This document shows, piece by piece, positions 8,206 through 15,765 of a stretch of DNA of 27,770 bases. The number at the start of each line of letters is the position of its first letter. The first letter of the stretch is position 1. The stretch is from the IMG/VR virus record IMGVR_UViG_3300027138_000026, positions 1 to 27,770 of that record. One strand, 5' to 3'. Position numbers and translations under genes: made by a program. This stretch comes from a virus (Duplodnaviria > Caudoviricetes). A model generated the notes under the pieces. The model saw nothing but the letters and a program-made list of their open reading frames with translations. It made no database searches and was not told the DNA's origin.

Positions 8206-9020
8206 TAGTCTATTATTCCTTCTTGTTGGTATCTAACCGCTACATCTTCTAAGTACATAGACTCTGGATTAAACGAGAGAGTAACATAGTTACTACCTGT
8301 TTGGTCTGCTCGCCCATATCTATTCTTAACTGGGGCTACACATAGGTATGTGTCTTCGCCCTGTTTCATCTGTCCGATAGTTAGAACCATTGCTGGAATT
8401 TGATTGACCATACCTTGCACTGCACTGCGTGGCTGACATGGATAACCATCAAAGCCTTCTTTGGTATGGTGTAGTACTAATACTGCTGCGTTGGTATCTC
8501 TGGCTAGGTATTTAAGTTCTTTCATAACTGCACGCATTGCGCCGAACTCATCATATCCATCCATTGCCACATCCATAAGATTGTCTACAACAATAAGCGT
8601 TGGACTCTTACCCCATACAGTTTCAAAGGCTGAGACTTCATCATCTAAGTCTTTAAGTGTAGGGCTAGATTCAAACGACCAGAACAAATGATTGTTTAGT
8701 TGTAGTATCTCATGTGATTTTGTTGGATTGTTTTTAAGTAACAGTTCTGCTGCTGACTGGGGCATTTTGCCCGTCATTGCAATCAAACGCATAGCCATAG
8801 TATGTGCATTGGTATCTGCTGAAAAGTAAAGTGTAGGATGTTTTGTTTTCACAGCAATAGCCAATGCAACTGATGACTTACCTGCACCTGGAGTGCCTGC
8901 AACTACAGTTACCTCTGCTCTACGCAGAATAATTCCTGCTCTTTCAAACGCCGCAAAGGCAGGCGGGAGTGGTTCTCCGCCTACCTCTGCTTTGTTTATA
9001 GAGCGTCTAAGTGTTTTCAC
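8205..9020 (-). CDS. DnaB-like (RecA-fold) helicase, ATPase domain only
   Basis: Walker A GTPGAGKS, Walker B IVVDNL, LKYLAR...LHH, VKNRYG. Confidence 0.85.
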   Translation of the reverse strand: MKTLRRSINKAEVGGEPLPPAFAAFERAGIILRRAEVTVVAGTPGAGKSSVALAIAVKTKHPTLYFSADTNAHTMAMRLIAMTGKMPQSAAELLLKNNPTKSHEILQLNNHLFWSFESSPTLKDLDDEVSAFETVWGKSPTLIVVDNLMDVAMDGYDEFGAMRAVMKELKYLARDTNAAVLVLHHTKEGFDGYPCQPRSAVQGMVNQIPAMVLTIGQMKQGEDTYLCVAPVKNRYGRADQTGSNYVTLSFNPESMYLEDVAVRYQQEGIID

Positions 9021-9490
9021 TTAATCTGTTCTGGTACGAATGTGTTCCATTCTGGTGATTGAATGACAACATATTGATTCTTACACTTGTCGAATGCACC
9101 CTTCGGTGCACCGCAGAAGTAACCCTTGTATGGCTTTCCGTCTTTACCCATACCTTGGATTGCTGTCATCTTTCCGTGTGCGCATGCACGACCACCAATG
9201 TTTGACACTGGTACTGATGCTGGCTGTGTATATTCTTGGGCAGGAACTGATGTTCCCCCTAGTGTGTCAATGATATTGCCACCTAGTGCTGCTGCTACTG
9301 ACTGTGTTGACATTGCTGGTGCTGATGCACCACGCACTGCCGACTCCAGTTCCTGTGCTGCTGATGCGATTGCATGTACTGATAGTGCAACAACTTGGTC
9401 TAGTTCCTCGCCGCTTTCTGCTCGGACTGTTACCAAACTACCTGCTGCTGTCTTAACTGTGATACTGATGGGTGCTTCTGTGCTAGGCAC
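9017..9490 (-). CDS. Hypothetical protein with C-terminal C/H metal site
   Basis: GTG 9490 with SD AAGGAG. CAHG...YFC...KC. Lies between exonuclease and helicase. Confidence 0.6.
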   Translation of the reverse strand: MPSTEAPISITVKTAAGSLVTVRAESGEELDQVVALSVHAIASAAQELESAVRGASAPAMSTQSVAAALGGNIIDTLGGTSVPAQEYTQPASVPVSNIGGRACAHGKMTAIQGMGKDGKPYKGYFCGAPKGAFDKCKNQYVVIQSPEWNTFVPEQIK

Positions 9491-10265
9491 TATCTTCTCC
9501 TTGCTCAAATGGAGTAGCAAGACCCTTCTGGTCTCGCCACTTTCTTACTTTCATTGCAAACTGTACACCTTTCCATCCTTCTTTGATGTCAACCCATACT
9601 AGTTTGCAAGTTCCTGTCCCTGCTGGGGCATGAATTATAATTGCCTTGTCTTTGTTGATGTCGCCCCACTTACCACGGGTTCCCGTGTCAGGCATGTACG
9701 GGGACCCGTTTGCATAGATTGCTAACTGCATAGAAATATTATTTGGGTGGTCAATACGACCTGTCTTTAAGTCTGCAATGAATCGTTCACCATTGTATTC
9801 AACAACTCTATCTGGTGTGCCTGCAATTTTATACTTGTCTAGCACTGTGAATTGCTCAATGTAAATTTTAGTTAAAATCTTTGTTGCTTGTTCGTAGGCT
9901 TTGATATCTCCCATCCATTGTTCTGGGAATACACCTAACTCTAAACCTAAGTCTAGTTTTTCTGTTAGTGCATGGATTGCTGTGCCGATTGTTGCTGCTT
10001 TACTAGCACCTGCTACTTCCATTGCTTCTTCAATGTATGCGTTGACTAACTTGTTGTTATCTCCTGCTACACCAATGGCTAATAATATATCTGGCCTGCT
10101 TGTTAAACCTATTGCAGCCATACGCATTTTCCATGCTGTTAATGCAGAGGCATCATCTAAACTATTAGCAATGGTGGTTGCGCGAGTATAAGCAATTGCT
10201 TTGCCACCTTTGGGTGGAATAATTAATGGTCGTCCGTATCTATCTCTTTCGATTTCTGTTGGCAT
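9483..10265 (-). CDS. RecB/Cas4-like PD-(D/E)XK exonuclease
   Basis: GTAIH, AGTPDR, IADLKTG, QLAIYA. Confidence 0.85.
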   Translation of the reverse strand: MPTEIERDRYGRPLIIPPKGGKAIAYTRATTIANSLDDASALTAWKMRMAAIGLTSRPDILLAIGVAGDNNKLVNAYIEEAMEVAGASKAATIGTAIHALTEKLDLGLELGVFPEQWMGDIKAYEQATKILTKIYIEQFTVLDKYKIAGTPDRVVEYNGERFIADLKTGRIDHPNNISMQLAIYANGSPYMPDTGTRGKWGDINKDKAIIIHAPAGTGTCKLVWVDIKEGWKGVQFAMKVRKWRDQKGLATPFEQGEDSA

Positions 10266-10285
10266 TACTCTCCTAGTTAATTAGA

Positions 10286-10377
10286 GTCCCGTGTTCGCAG
10301 ATGGCGGGACCACCCATCCCCAAGTCTAACACATGGTAGAAATGAACAAACATCCACATGTTAGATAGCGACTATCT
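10286..10377 (-). promoter_or_regulatory. Structured leader of the exonuclease gene (hairpin plus H-type pseudoknot)
   Basis: Transcript strand reads GATGG gtg GTCCCG CCATC tgcgaaca CGGGAC, preceded by a TCTAACA.../...TGTTAGA hairpin. Confidence 0.45.
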
Positions 10378-10395
10378 GGTTCTTTAAGAGAGGCC

Positions 10396-10836
10396 CTACT
10401 CTCTTTCGATGTTGCTTACATTTACATCTTGGTCTTGAATATCTAAGTCGTAGCCGCTGACTTCGATATTATCTCTAATGATATCTTCTGCTTCTTCTGC
10501 CGAGGTAGCCTTGATATCAGTTACTGTAACTGTAATCTCTACAGTTGCAGACCAAGTTGTGGTAAGCATGTCTGAACCAATTGATTCAAGCAATGCGTTA
10601 ACCTCATCGCGTGTAACAGTTGTTTCATCTTCATCAACAGAACCATCAAATGCTTCTGTAAAGTAAGCATGTACTTCATTGCGTACCTTGACTAGTTTTC
10701 TGTATGATTCTTGTGCTTCAGTAGATACTGCATCTAGCCTGCGCTTAGTTGCAATGTCTGTCTTAATTAGTTCCTTCAATGATTCTTCAGTGAAGTTGTA
10801 GGTTGTGCCGTCTACTGTGATTGGATTTAGGTACAC
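10396..10836 (-). CDS. Hypothetical acidic protein
   Basis: GTG with SD AAGGAG, 146 aa, D/E-rich C-terminal half. Confidence 0.7.
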   Translation of the reverse strand: MYLNPITVDGTTYNFTEESLKELIKTDIATKRRLDAVSTEAQESYRKLVKVRNEVHAYFTEAFDGSVDEDETTVTRDEVNALLESIGSDMLTTTWSATVEITVTVTDIKATSAEEAEDIIRDNIEVSGYDLDIQDQDVNVSNIERE

Positions 10837-10844
10837 GATTCTCC

Positions 10845-11798
10845 TTAGATTGAAAGTAGTTCTAGTGCTCGAAGTTTAATGCCATCATTGCGCCCTGCTA
10901 GGGTAGCAATACTAGCATCTTTCTGAGAGTGATGGTCAGCATACTCTACTACTGATTGCCATAAACCAAACTCTGTATTGCGAATGTTCTCTTGCGTAGG
11001 GCTATCTGTATAGATAGCAAATGCTTTCTGCCGTGCATTGAGGGCACGGGACTTAGCATTCTTCTCACCCTTGCTGAGTAGGTGTAAAGGTGATTGCTCA
11101 ATTTTAGTAGGCAATGCCCATACTTTCTTGAAGTATGCGGTTGCTTTAGCAATGTCTGCATCACGCTGGATAAGATGGTTAGCCAGGTTGGTATACATAT
11201 CAATGCTTGAATAGGTTAGGTCAAGTAAGTTTCGCATGTCAGATACTGATAGCACTGCGTTCTGTGTGTGACGCAGGGTATAAGTATGTGCTTTGTTCTT
11301 GGCTCTAAAGATACGATTGATTTGGTTGGAACACCACAATCGTTCAATGATAGGGCGGATTACTACTGATGATGAGCCATCATGACTAGTCTTGGCTAGT
11401 AAGAAGGCTGAGTGTGGGTCACCTTTGATTTCCATTTCACGGGGTAATGACATGAGCATCCATACTTTTGCTCCGTCATCGTACTCACCTGCTGCTGCAT
11501 AGCGAGCCTGTCCTGAGTCAATCAATCCATCTAGTGAGCCAAAGACTTCAGAGTTCTGAAAGACTTTGTACTTGCTACCCACTACACCAATGACTGATTC
11601 ATTTCCATCTTGTTTCTTTATGACTGCTTGCTTTTTAGGTACATGCAAGAAGTCTGAGGTGTGCATATCGGATAAGCCAACAGTCCAGTTAAGTCCTGCT
11701 TGTTCTGCTACTTGTGCTGCGCTTATTGCTTCAACTGCTACGCCTGCTTTAATCCAGGCTGAGCGGTTTTTCTTTACTACTACATCTGCTGTAGTCAT
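10845..11798 (-). CDS. DUF932 family phage/plasmid protein
   Basis: AGLNWTV, GVVGSKYKVFQN, GAKVW, SHDGS, RLWCSNQ, LRHT, GLWQSVVEYADH. Confidence 0.85.
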   Translation of the reverse strand: MTTADVVVKKNRSAWIKAGVAVEAISAAQVAEQAGLNWTVGLSDMHTSDFLHVPKKQAVIKKQDGNESVIGVVGSKYKVFQNSEVFGSLDGLIDSGQARYAAAGEYDDGAKVWMLMSLPREMEIKGDPHSAFLLAKTSHDGSSSVVIRPIIERLWCSNQINRIFRAKNKAHTYTLRHTQNAVLSVSDMRNLLDLTYSSIDMYTNLANHLIQRDADIAKATAYFKKVWALPTKIEQSPLHLLSKGEKNAKSRALNARQKAFAIYTDSPTQENIRNTEFGLWQSVVEYADHHSQKDASIATLAGRNDGIKLRALELLSI

Positions 11799-11810
11799 CT
11801 GTCCCTTTCT

Positions 11811-12287
11811 TTACCATGAAGCCTGATACTCGAAGGACCATCCTTCAGGTACATCTTCAATGAGTTTACTTACTATCTTCACAGTCTTTTCAAGACCATG
11901 AAAATACCATTCGTCATACTCTGTGCTTCCGAAGAAGAAGCCAGAACCTGTTGGTAGTATTGTATCCGCTTTACTGTGGTCTGCCAACACTTCTTCACAT
12001 AGAATCTTTAAGTCAATTAAAGAACTGCGTGGTACATAAATAGTCTGACAGTTATCTTCTCCACCTGCTAGTTCTTCAATGAACCAGTTATGGATAGCAT
12101 TAACCTTACGCCAGTATCCAACTTGAATAGATACTTGAGCAAAGGCTAGTTCTTCTGGGTCATAAGCCCATTCTGTTGCCCCCATAAGGGAGGTTAGTAT
12201 TGTGTAGTCAGCGTTGAGTTTTTTCTCTGGCTGCCAGTCAATAGATGCTATGCCTTTACGGGCATAGAGATACATATCTAATCCCAT
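11811..12287 (-). CDS. Conserved phage hypothetical protein
   Basis: MGLDMYL...YWRKVNAIHNWF...LPTGSGFFFGSTEYDEWY...YQASW pattern, which I recognise from phage early regions. Confidence 0.75.
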   Translation of the reverse strand: MGLDMYLYARKGIASIDWQPEKKLNADYTILTSLMGATEWAYDPEELAFAQVSIQVGYWRKVNAIHNWFIEELAGGEDNCQTIYVPRSSLIDLKILCEEVLADHSKADTILPTGSGFFFGSTEYDEWYFHGLEKTVKIVSKLIEDVPEGWSFEYQASW

Positions 12288-12288
12288 A

Positions 12289-12789
12289 TTAGATACCCAT
12301 TCCTTCCTTAACTCTTGGGTGTAGTTCTTCAGTCATAGTTTTGAATGCACCTGATGGCCAACTTGTATTGAACACACGATTCAATAGCATTGCTAGTGAG
12401 TAACCAGGATTATGAACTAATGCAGTATTGACAAGTTCTTTAGCAGAATCTACATCTTCTAAAGAATATAGATTTGCAGCCAATACACTTGCAATAGGTG
12501 CAATGAACTTAGTAGGAACTGAGTCCATAAAGTATGCAAGGTATCCATTAACATCTTGAATCTTGCGCTCAGATGGTAGACCTAATACAAAGTCACGCAA
12601 CTGAATATCCTTTTGCATTGCTGCTGCTACCTCTGCAATATGGTCATCATCTGGTGCTGTATCTGAATCAATCTGTGCATAGATAGCGTCAGTTAAACGC
12701 TTGCGTTGTGTTAGTAGTTGTTCTGCTTTGCCGTTCTCATCTAAGAGAATGGTGTAGTAGTTTTCGATTTCTTCTAGTGTTACTGTCAT
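12289..12789 (-). CDS. DUF4192-like protein (short form)
   Basis: DIQLRD...APIASVLAA...ALVHNPGYSLAMLL resembles the C-terminal half of actinobacterial DUF4192. Confidence 0.6.
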   Translation of the reverse strand: MTVTLEEIENYYTILLDENGKAEQLLTQRKRLTDAIYAQIDSDTAPDDDHIAEVAAAMQKDIQLRDFVLGLPSERKIQDVNGYLAYFMDSVPTKFIAPIASVLAANLYSLEDVDSAKELVNTALVHNPGYSLAMLLNRVFNTSWPSGAFKTMTEELHPRVKEGMGI

Positions 12790-12803
12790 TTGTTTCTCCT
12801 TAG

Positions 12804-13220
12804 TTATAAGTACTTTGCTATTTGCTTCATGGTTGAAGCGTTAACTGTTGTTTCATCTGTCATGCGTAAAATTGACAGAGCATTAGTAATGTCTTCTACA
12901 ATATCTTTATATGAGTGATGACTCATAGTGTTATGCTTACGCTCTGGGCAAACAGGCAAATCTATTACATCAACTATTACATCATAGTCAATGTTAAGGG
13001 TGCTGTTCCATTCACGATAGTTTGTTCGGAAATTAGTAGCATTTTTAACATTATTAATAGCAAAGGCTGTTAATTCTTTTTGCCATATAGCATAAGCCTT
13101 ATTGTACTCGGCTTCGTTTACTTCTTGGTTAGCATAATCTTCTTCAACTTTTGCTAACTTAGTTTCCAATGCAGTAATTACTTTATGCGTTGGAAGTTTT
13201 ACTGTGATTCCTCTGTTCAT
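12804..13220 (-). CDS. Hypothetical protein
   Basis: SD AAGGAG, 138 aa, in operon. Confidence 0.7.
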   Translation of the reverse strand: MNRGITVKLPTHKVITALETKLAKVEEDYANQEVNEAEYNKAYAIWQKELTAFAINNVKNATNFRTNYREWNSTLNIDYDVIVDVIDLPVCPERKHNTMSHHSYKDIVEDITNALSILRMTDETTVNASTMKQIAKYL

Positions 13221-13239
13221 TTTTCTCCTTTAGTTGTTA

Positions 13240-13653
13240 TTAATACCAACCGTTGCTTCGCCAATGCGACCAAGCAACTGATGGTTTTTCGTAACGGTGC
13301 TGGATATACTCCAGCCCCCGCTCAACTTGGAGCGGGGCTGGCGTTGATGGGTCAAGGTTAAGCAACTGAGGTACACCAAAGGCTGAACTGTTTGGGTTGT
13401 CTGCTTTGGGATTCCATGCTGATTCCTTTCCCCATAACTTCATTAGTGCACGGTGCTCAGACATATTCCATTCTGGGTATGCCATGCGCATGTACTGTCT
13501 TGCATATAGTTTTAGAGCACGAGGTGTCCAATGGAACTCGCTCATCTCTGTAGGTTTTGGTTCTGTGTACTGCTGTATTGGTGCTATCTGCCATGGTAGT
13601 AGCGATAAGAATGCTACATACCATGCAGTAAATATTGCGAATAGTTTATTCAT
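13240..13653 (-). CDS. Secreted/membrane-anchored lytic transglycosylase (SLT-like)
   Basis: Hydrophobic N-terminus from ATG 13653. ESAWNPKA (catalytic E), SAFGVPQ, QVERGLEYIQHRY...AW...GWY. Confidence 0.85.
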   Translation of the reverse strand: MNKLFAIFTAWYVAFLSLLPWQIAPIQQYTEPKPTEMSEFHWTPRALKLYARQYMRMAYPEWNMSEHRALMKLWGKESAWNPKADNPNSSAFGVPQLLNLDPSTPAPLQVERGLEYIQHRYEKPSVAWSHWRSNGWY

Positions 13654-13750
13654 CGCCCCACATCCTGTCTGGTTCTTGGTAACCATCATCTTTTTCTTCT
13701 GTGTCTTTGTCTAGTGCCACATCATCTTCAAGTGGTGGTTCATAACTCAT
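13646..13750 (-). CDS. Tiny acidic protein (34 aa)
   Basis: MSYEPPLEDDVALDKDTEEKDDGYQEPDRMWGDE. AAGGAG upstream; overlaps both neighbours. Confidence 0.5.
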   Translation of the reverse strand: MSYEPPLEDDVALDKDTEEKDDGYQEPDRMWGDE

Positions 13751-13838
13751 CTTCTTCTATCTCCTTTAACATCTCATTTAGTATGGGCTGTACTGCTAGG
13801 GCTGCTTTGTCTAATGCTTCTTGTAATTCTTTACTCAT
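13740..13838 (-). CDS. Tiny helical protein (32 aa)
   Basis: MSKELQEALDKAALAVQPILNEMLKEIEEDEL. ATGA overlap with the upstream ORF. Confidence 0.5.
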   Translation of the reverse strand: MSKELQEALDKAALAVQPILNEMLKEIEEDEL

Positions 13839-14026
13839 TCTTTTACTAATAACCTTTCATCTACTGGTGGTATTCTATGGGAGCCCCGTGTATCTACTCC
13901 ACGGTTAGCGCAATATGCTGCGTATAGTTCAGCGTATTCTAAAGCATACTTGTGTGCTAAGAACTTCTTTGCATACTCTGAACCTGCATTTTTGATGCTT
14001 GTAATTTCTTTGCTTGCTAGTGTCAT
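13835..14026 (-). CDS. Hypothetical protein
   Basis: SD GGAGG; coupled to neighbours. Confidence 0.6.
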   Translation of the reverse strand: MTLASKEITSIKNAGSEYAKKFLAHKYALEYAELYAAYCANRGVDTRGSHRIPPVDERLLVKE

Positions 14027-14029
14027 TGG

Positions 14030-14158
14030 TTATTCCTCCACATAGATTCGTCCAGTTGCCATCATTTCTTCTAGAATATTGTTGGCTGCTTTGATGGACA
14101 GGATTGCAGCCTCCATTGATTCATTTAACTGTGCTATTTCTTCAACTGTGTAAGCCAT
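14030..14158 (-). CDS. Small hypothetical protein (42 aa)
   Basis: MAYTVEEIAQLNESMEAAILSIKAANNILEEMMATGRIYVEE. SD AGGAG. Confidence 0.55.
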   Translation of the reverse strand: MAYTVEEIAQLNESMEAAILSIKAANNILEEMMATGRIYVEE

Positions 14159-14345
14159 CAACTTCTCCTAACTTAGTTAGTCCGCATGGTATGCAGTAGT
14201 TTCTATGTGCCAAGTCCCAATGTTCTACTTGGATTGTCATATTACATTTGTCGCAGTTGGATACGACATACTTTCTTTGTATCTTCATTTGTTCTGCCTT
14301 CAATATATCTAATGACTCTATCTTGTATCTCATTTCGTTGTCCAT
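14142..14345 (-). CDS. Small zinc-ribbon protein
   Basis: CDKC...CIPC. Confidence 0.55.
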   Translation of the reverse strand: MDNEMRYKIESLDILKAEQMKIQRKYVVSNCDKCNMTIQVEHWDLAHRNYCIPCGLTKLGEVDGLHS

Positions 14346-14530
14346 AGGTCTTCCTTGGCTATGTCTGTATCCATGTAGTAATCTGTGCGTCTGGTCTTGC
14401 GTAGTTCCCTGCGTAGTCTCATGTTCTCTTTAGTTAGTATTGCATTCTGTCTGATAGCAAGGGTGATTACTGCTACAGATGTAGTTAAAGCAATGAGCAT
14501 TGCTAGTAGTGTCATTGAATCTAGTACCAT
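14330..14530 (-). CDS. Small membrane-anchored coiled-coil protein
   Basis: SD AAGGAG before ATG 14530. TM segment followed by ENMRLRRELRK. Confidence 0.6.
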   Translation of the reverse strand: MVLDSMTLLAMLIALTTSVAVITLAIRQNAILTKENMRLRRELRKTRRTDYYMDTDIAKEDLWTTK

Positions 14531-14580
14531 TTCTATCTCCTTTTGTGTGAGCATTGGCTAATAGGAACTAAGCAGTCCCC

Positions 14581-14609
14581 ACAATAAACTGTATTATTTT
14601 GGTTGTCTA
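14581..14609 (-). promoter_or_regulatory. Candidate housekeeping-sigma promoter
   Basis: TAGACA-N17-TATTGT, just downstream of a terminator and upstream of the long - strand operon. Confidence 0.5.
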
Positions 14610-14657
14610 CCATCTATTCGACTCGCTATCTACTGCTGTTGTACGATTCCCCGCAGG

Positions 14658-14698
14658 AAAAAGTGCGGGTGGTGAGAGCCGAAGCCCCCACCACCCGC
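14658..14698 (-). terminator. Intrinsic terminator after SSB-like gene
   Basis: GCGGGTGGTGGGGGC-TTCG-GCTCTCACCACCCGC-ACTTTTT on the - strand. Confidence 0.85.
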
Positions 14699-14708
14699 GA
14701 TTGATTGA

Positions 14709-15020
14709 TTAGACTAGTGATAACTTGGTAACCACTTGGTTTTCATACCACTTATCGTTTTTCTCAGAGAAACTTGAGGTCATATAGCCTTCAATGTTGC
14801 AGGCGAATTCGGTTTCTGTAGAGTTGATAAGGTTTTCACGAACCCATGCTTGGATTGCAGGGTCAGTGATTGTAATCTGACGGCTTGCAGTAAACTTGCT
14901 TGCCATTTCACCAGTTGGAGTGTATTCCAAACGGCGGTCTACTACAGATGCTTTGATAACTGTAGTATAATCTTTCACTGCCTTAACGATTGAACCATTG
15001 AATGTGAATGTATTTGACAT
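14709..15020 (-). CDS. Possible OB-fold / SSB-like protein
   Basis: Strand pattern NTFTFNGSI...NIEGYM...YENQVVTKLSL resembles OB-fold SSB/PriB. No acidic tail. Confidence 0.5.
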   Translation of the reverse strand: MSNTFTFNGSIVKAVKDYTTVIKASVVDRRLEYTPTGEMASKFTASRQITITDPAIQAWVRENLINSTETEFACNIEGYMTSSFSEKNDKWYENQVVTKLSLV

Positions 15021-15049
15021 GTTATTTCCTTTTCTAGTAGTTGTTTTTT

Positions 15050-15085
15050 GGGCGTAGCCCCCGTCACTTGGGACGGGGCAAGCCC
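15050..15085. other. GC-rich intergenic hairpin
   Basis: GGGC gta GCCCCCGTC acttgg GACGGGGC aa GCCC. No U-tract in the transcript direction. Confidence 0.6.
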
Positions 15086-15092
15086 TTGATGG

Positions 15093-15506
15093 TTAGTTAC
15101 AGTTTGGACATACAGCATGCATATTGCATGTGTAGTGGCAGGTTTGGCACACCATTGAGTTTGGTGGCATATCCATATTGAGTTCAAAGATACGGTCAGT
15201 TATAACCGTAATCGGTGGGAGAAACTCTTCTCGAGTATCTTCCCATGTCTGAGTAGCCCATACGAAGTACGGTTCTACTCTGGTGGTTGAGCCTGTCCAT
15301 TCATGTCCAGATTCATCTGGATTAATCTTGGTTAGGCTGGTATACATAGGAGCATAACGATAGATGTCGTTGCCTTCATCTACTATCTCATGCACTGCTA
15401 TCGCCTCTCTTGTTAGACGACTATCTTCGCAGTCCATGCATACATCATCTAGTATGTAGCATGAGTAGCAGGCATTAGTGACTGATATGCCCTGTTGTTC
15501 GCTCAT
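15093..15506 (-). CDS. Cys-rich hypothetical protein
   Basis: CYSC..CMDC at the N-terminus and CQTC..C..CPNC at the C-terminus. Confidence 0.65.
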   Translation of the reverse strand: MSEQQGISVTNACYSCYILDDVCMDCEDSRLTREAIAVHEIVDEGNDIYRYAPMYTSLTKINPDESGHEWTGSTTRVEPYFVWATQTWEDTREEFLPPITVITDRIFELNMDMPPNSMVCQTCHYTCNMHAVCPNCN

Positions 15507-15637
15507 TCCCCTACTCCTTCTCCTACTTTTACCAGTTCAACTCCGCATACTGGGCAGGGGAATCCAGTTCCTTGGAAGTGCTCGTAGTGGGCTGGACACC
15601 CTGTATCGAACTCATGGACTAGAATATAATGCTTCAT
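15503..15637 (-). CDS. Small zinc-ribbon protein (44 aa)
   Basis: MKHYILVHEFDTGCPAH...CPVCGVELVK. ATGA overlaps on both sides. Confidence 0.6.
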   Translation of the reverse strand: MKHYILVHEFDTGCPAHYEHFQGTGFPCPVCGVELVKVGEGVGE

Positions 15638-15765
15638 TCTTTCCACTCCTTCTTCATATCTCCGAGGCTACCTTCACCTCCGTGTAGGTAGTAGCACCCG
15701 CAGTTCAACCAGTTATCTATCCCACACACTCTGCATTCTACGATGGTTTCAGATGTTGTGAACAT
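15634..15765 (-). CDS. First early gene, small Cys-containing protein (43 aa)
   Basis: MFTTSETIVECRVCGIDNWLNCGC... SD GAGAGG. Confidence 0.55.
   Translation of the reverse strand: MFTTSETIVECRVCGIDNWLNCGCYYLHGGEGSLGDMKKEWKE

Noticed and set aside
9483-10265. Cas4-like nuclease as evidence of CRISPR
   Set aside because: No repeat-spacer array, no other cas genes and no Fe-S cysteine set; a standard phage exonuclease.
10362-14632. 10-mer TAGATAGCGA shared in inverted orientation by two intergenic regions
   Set aside because: A single 10-mer match is about what chance would give.
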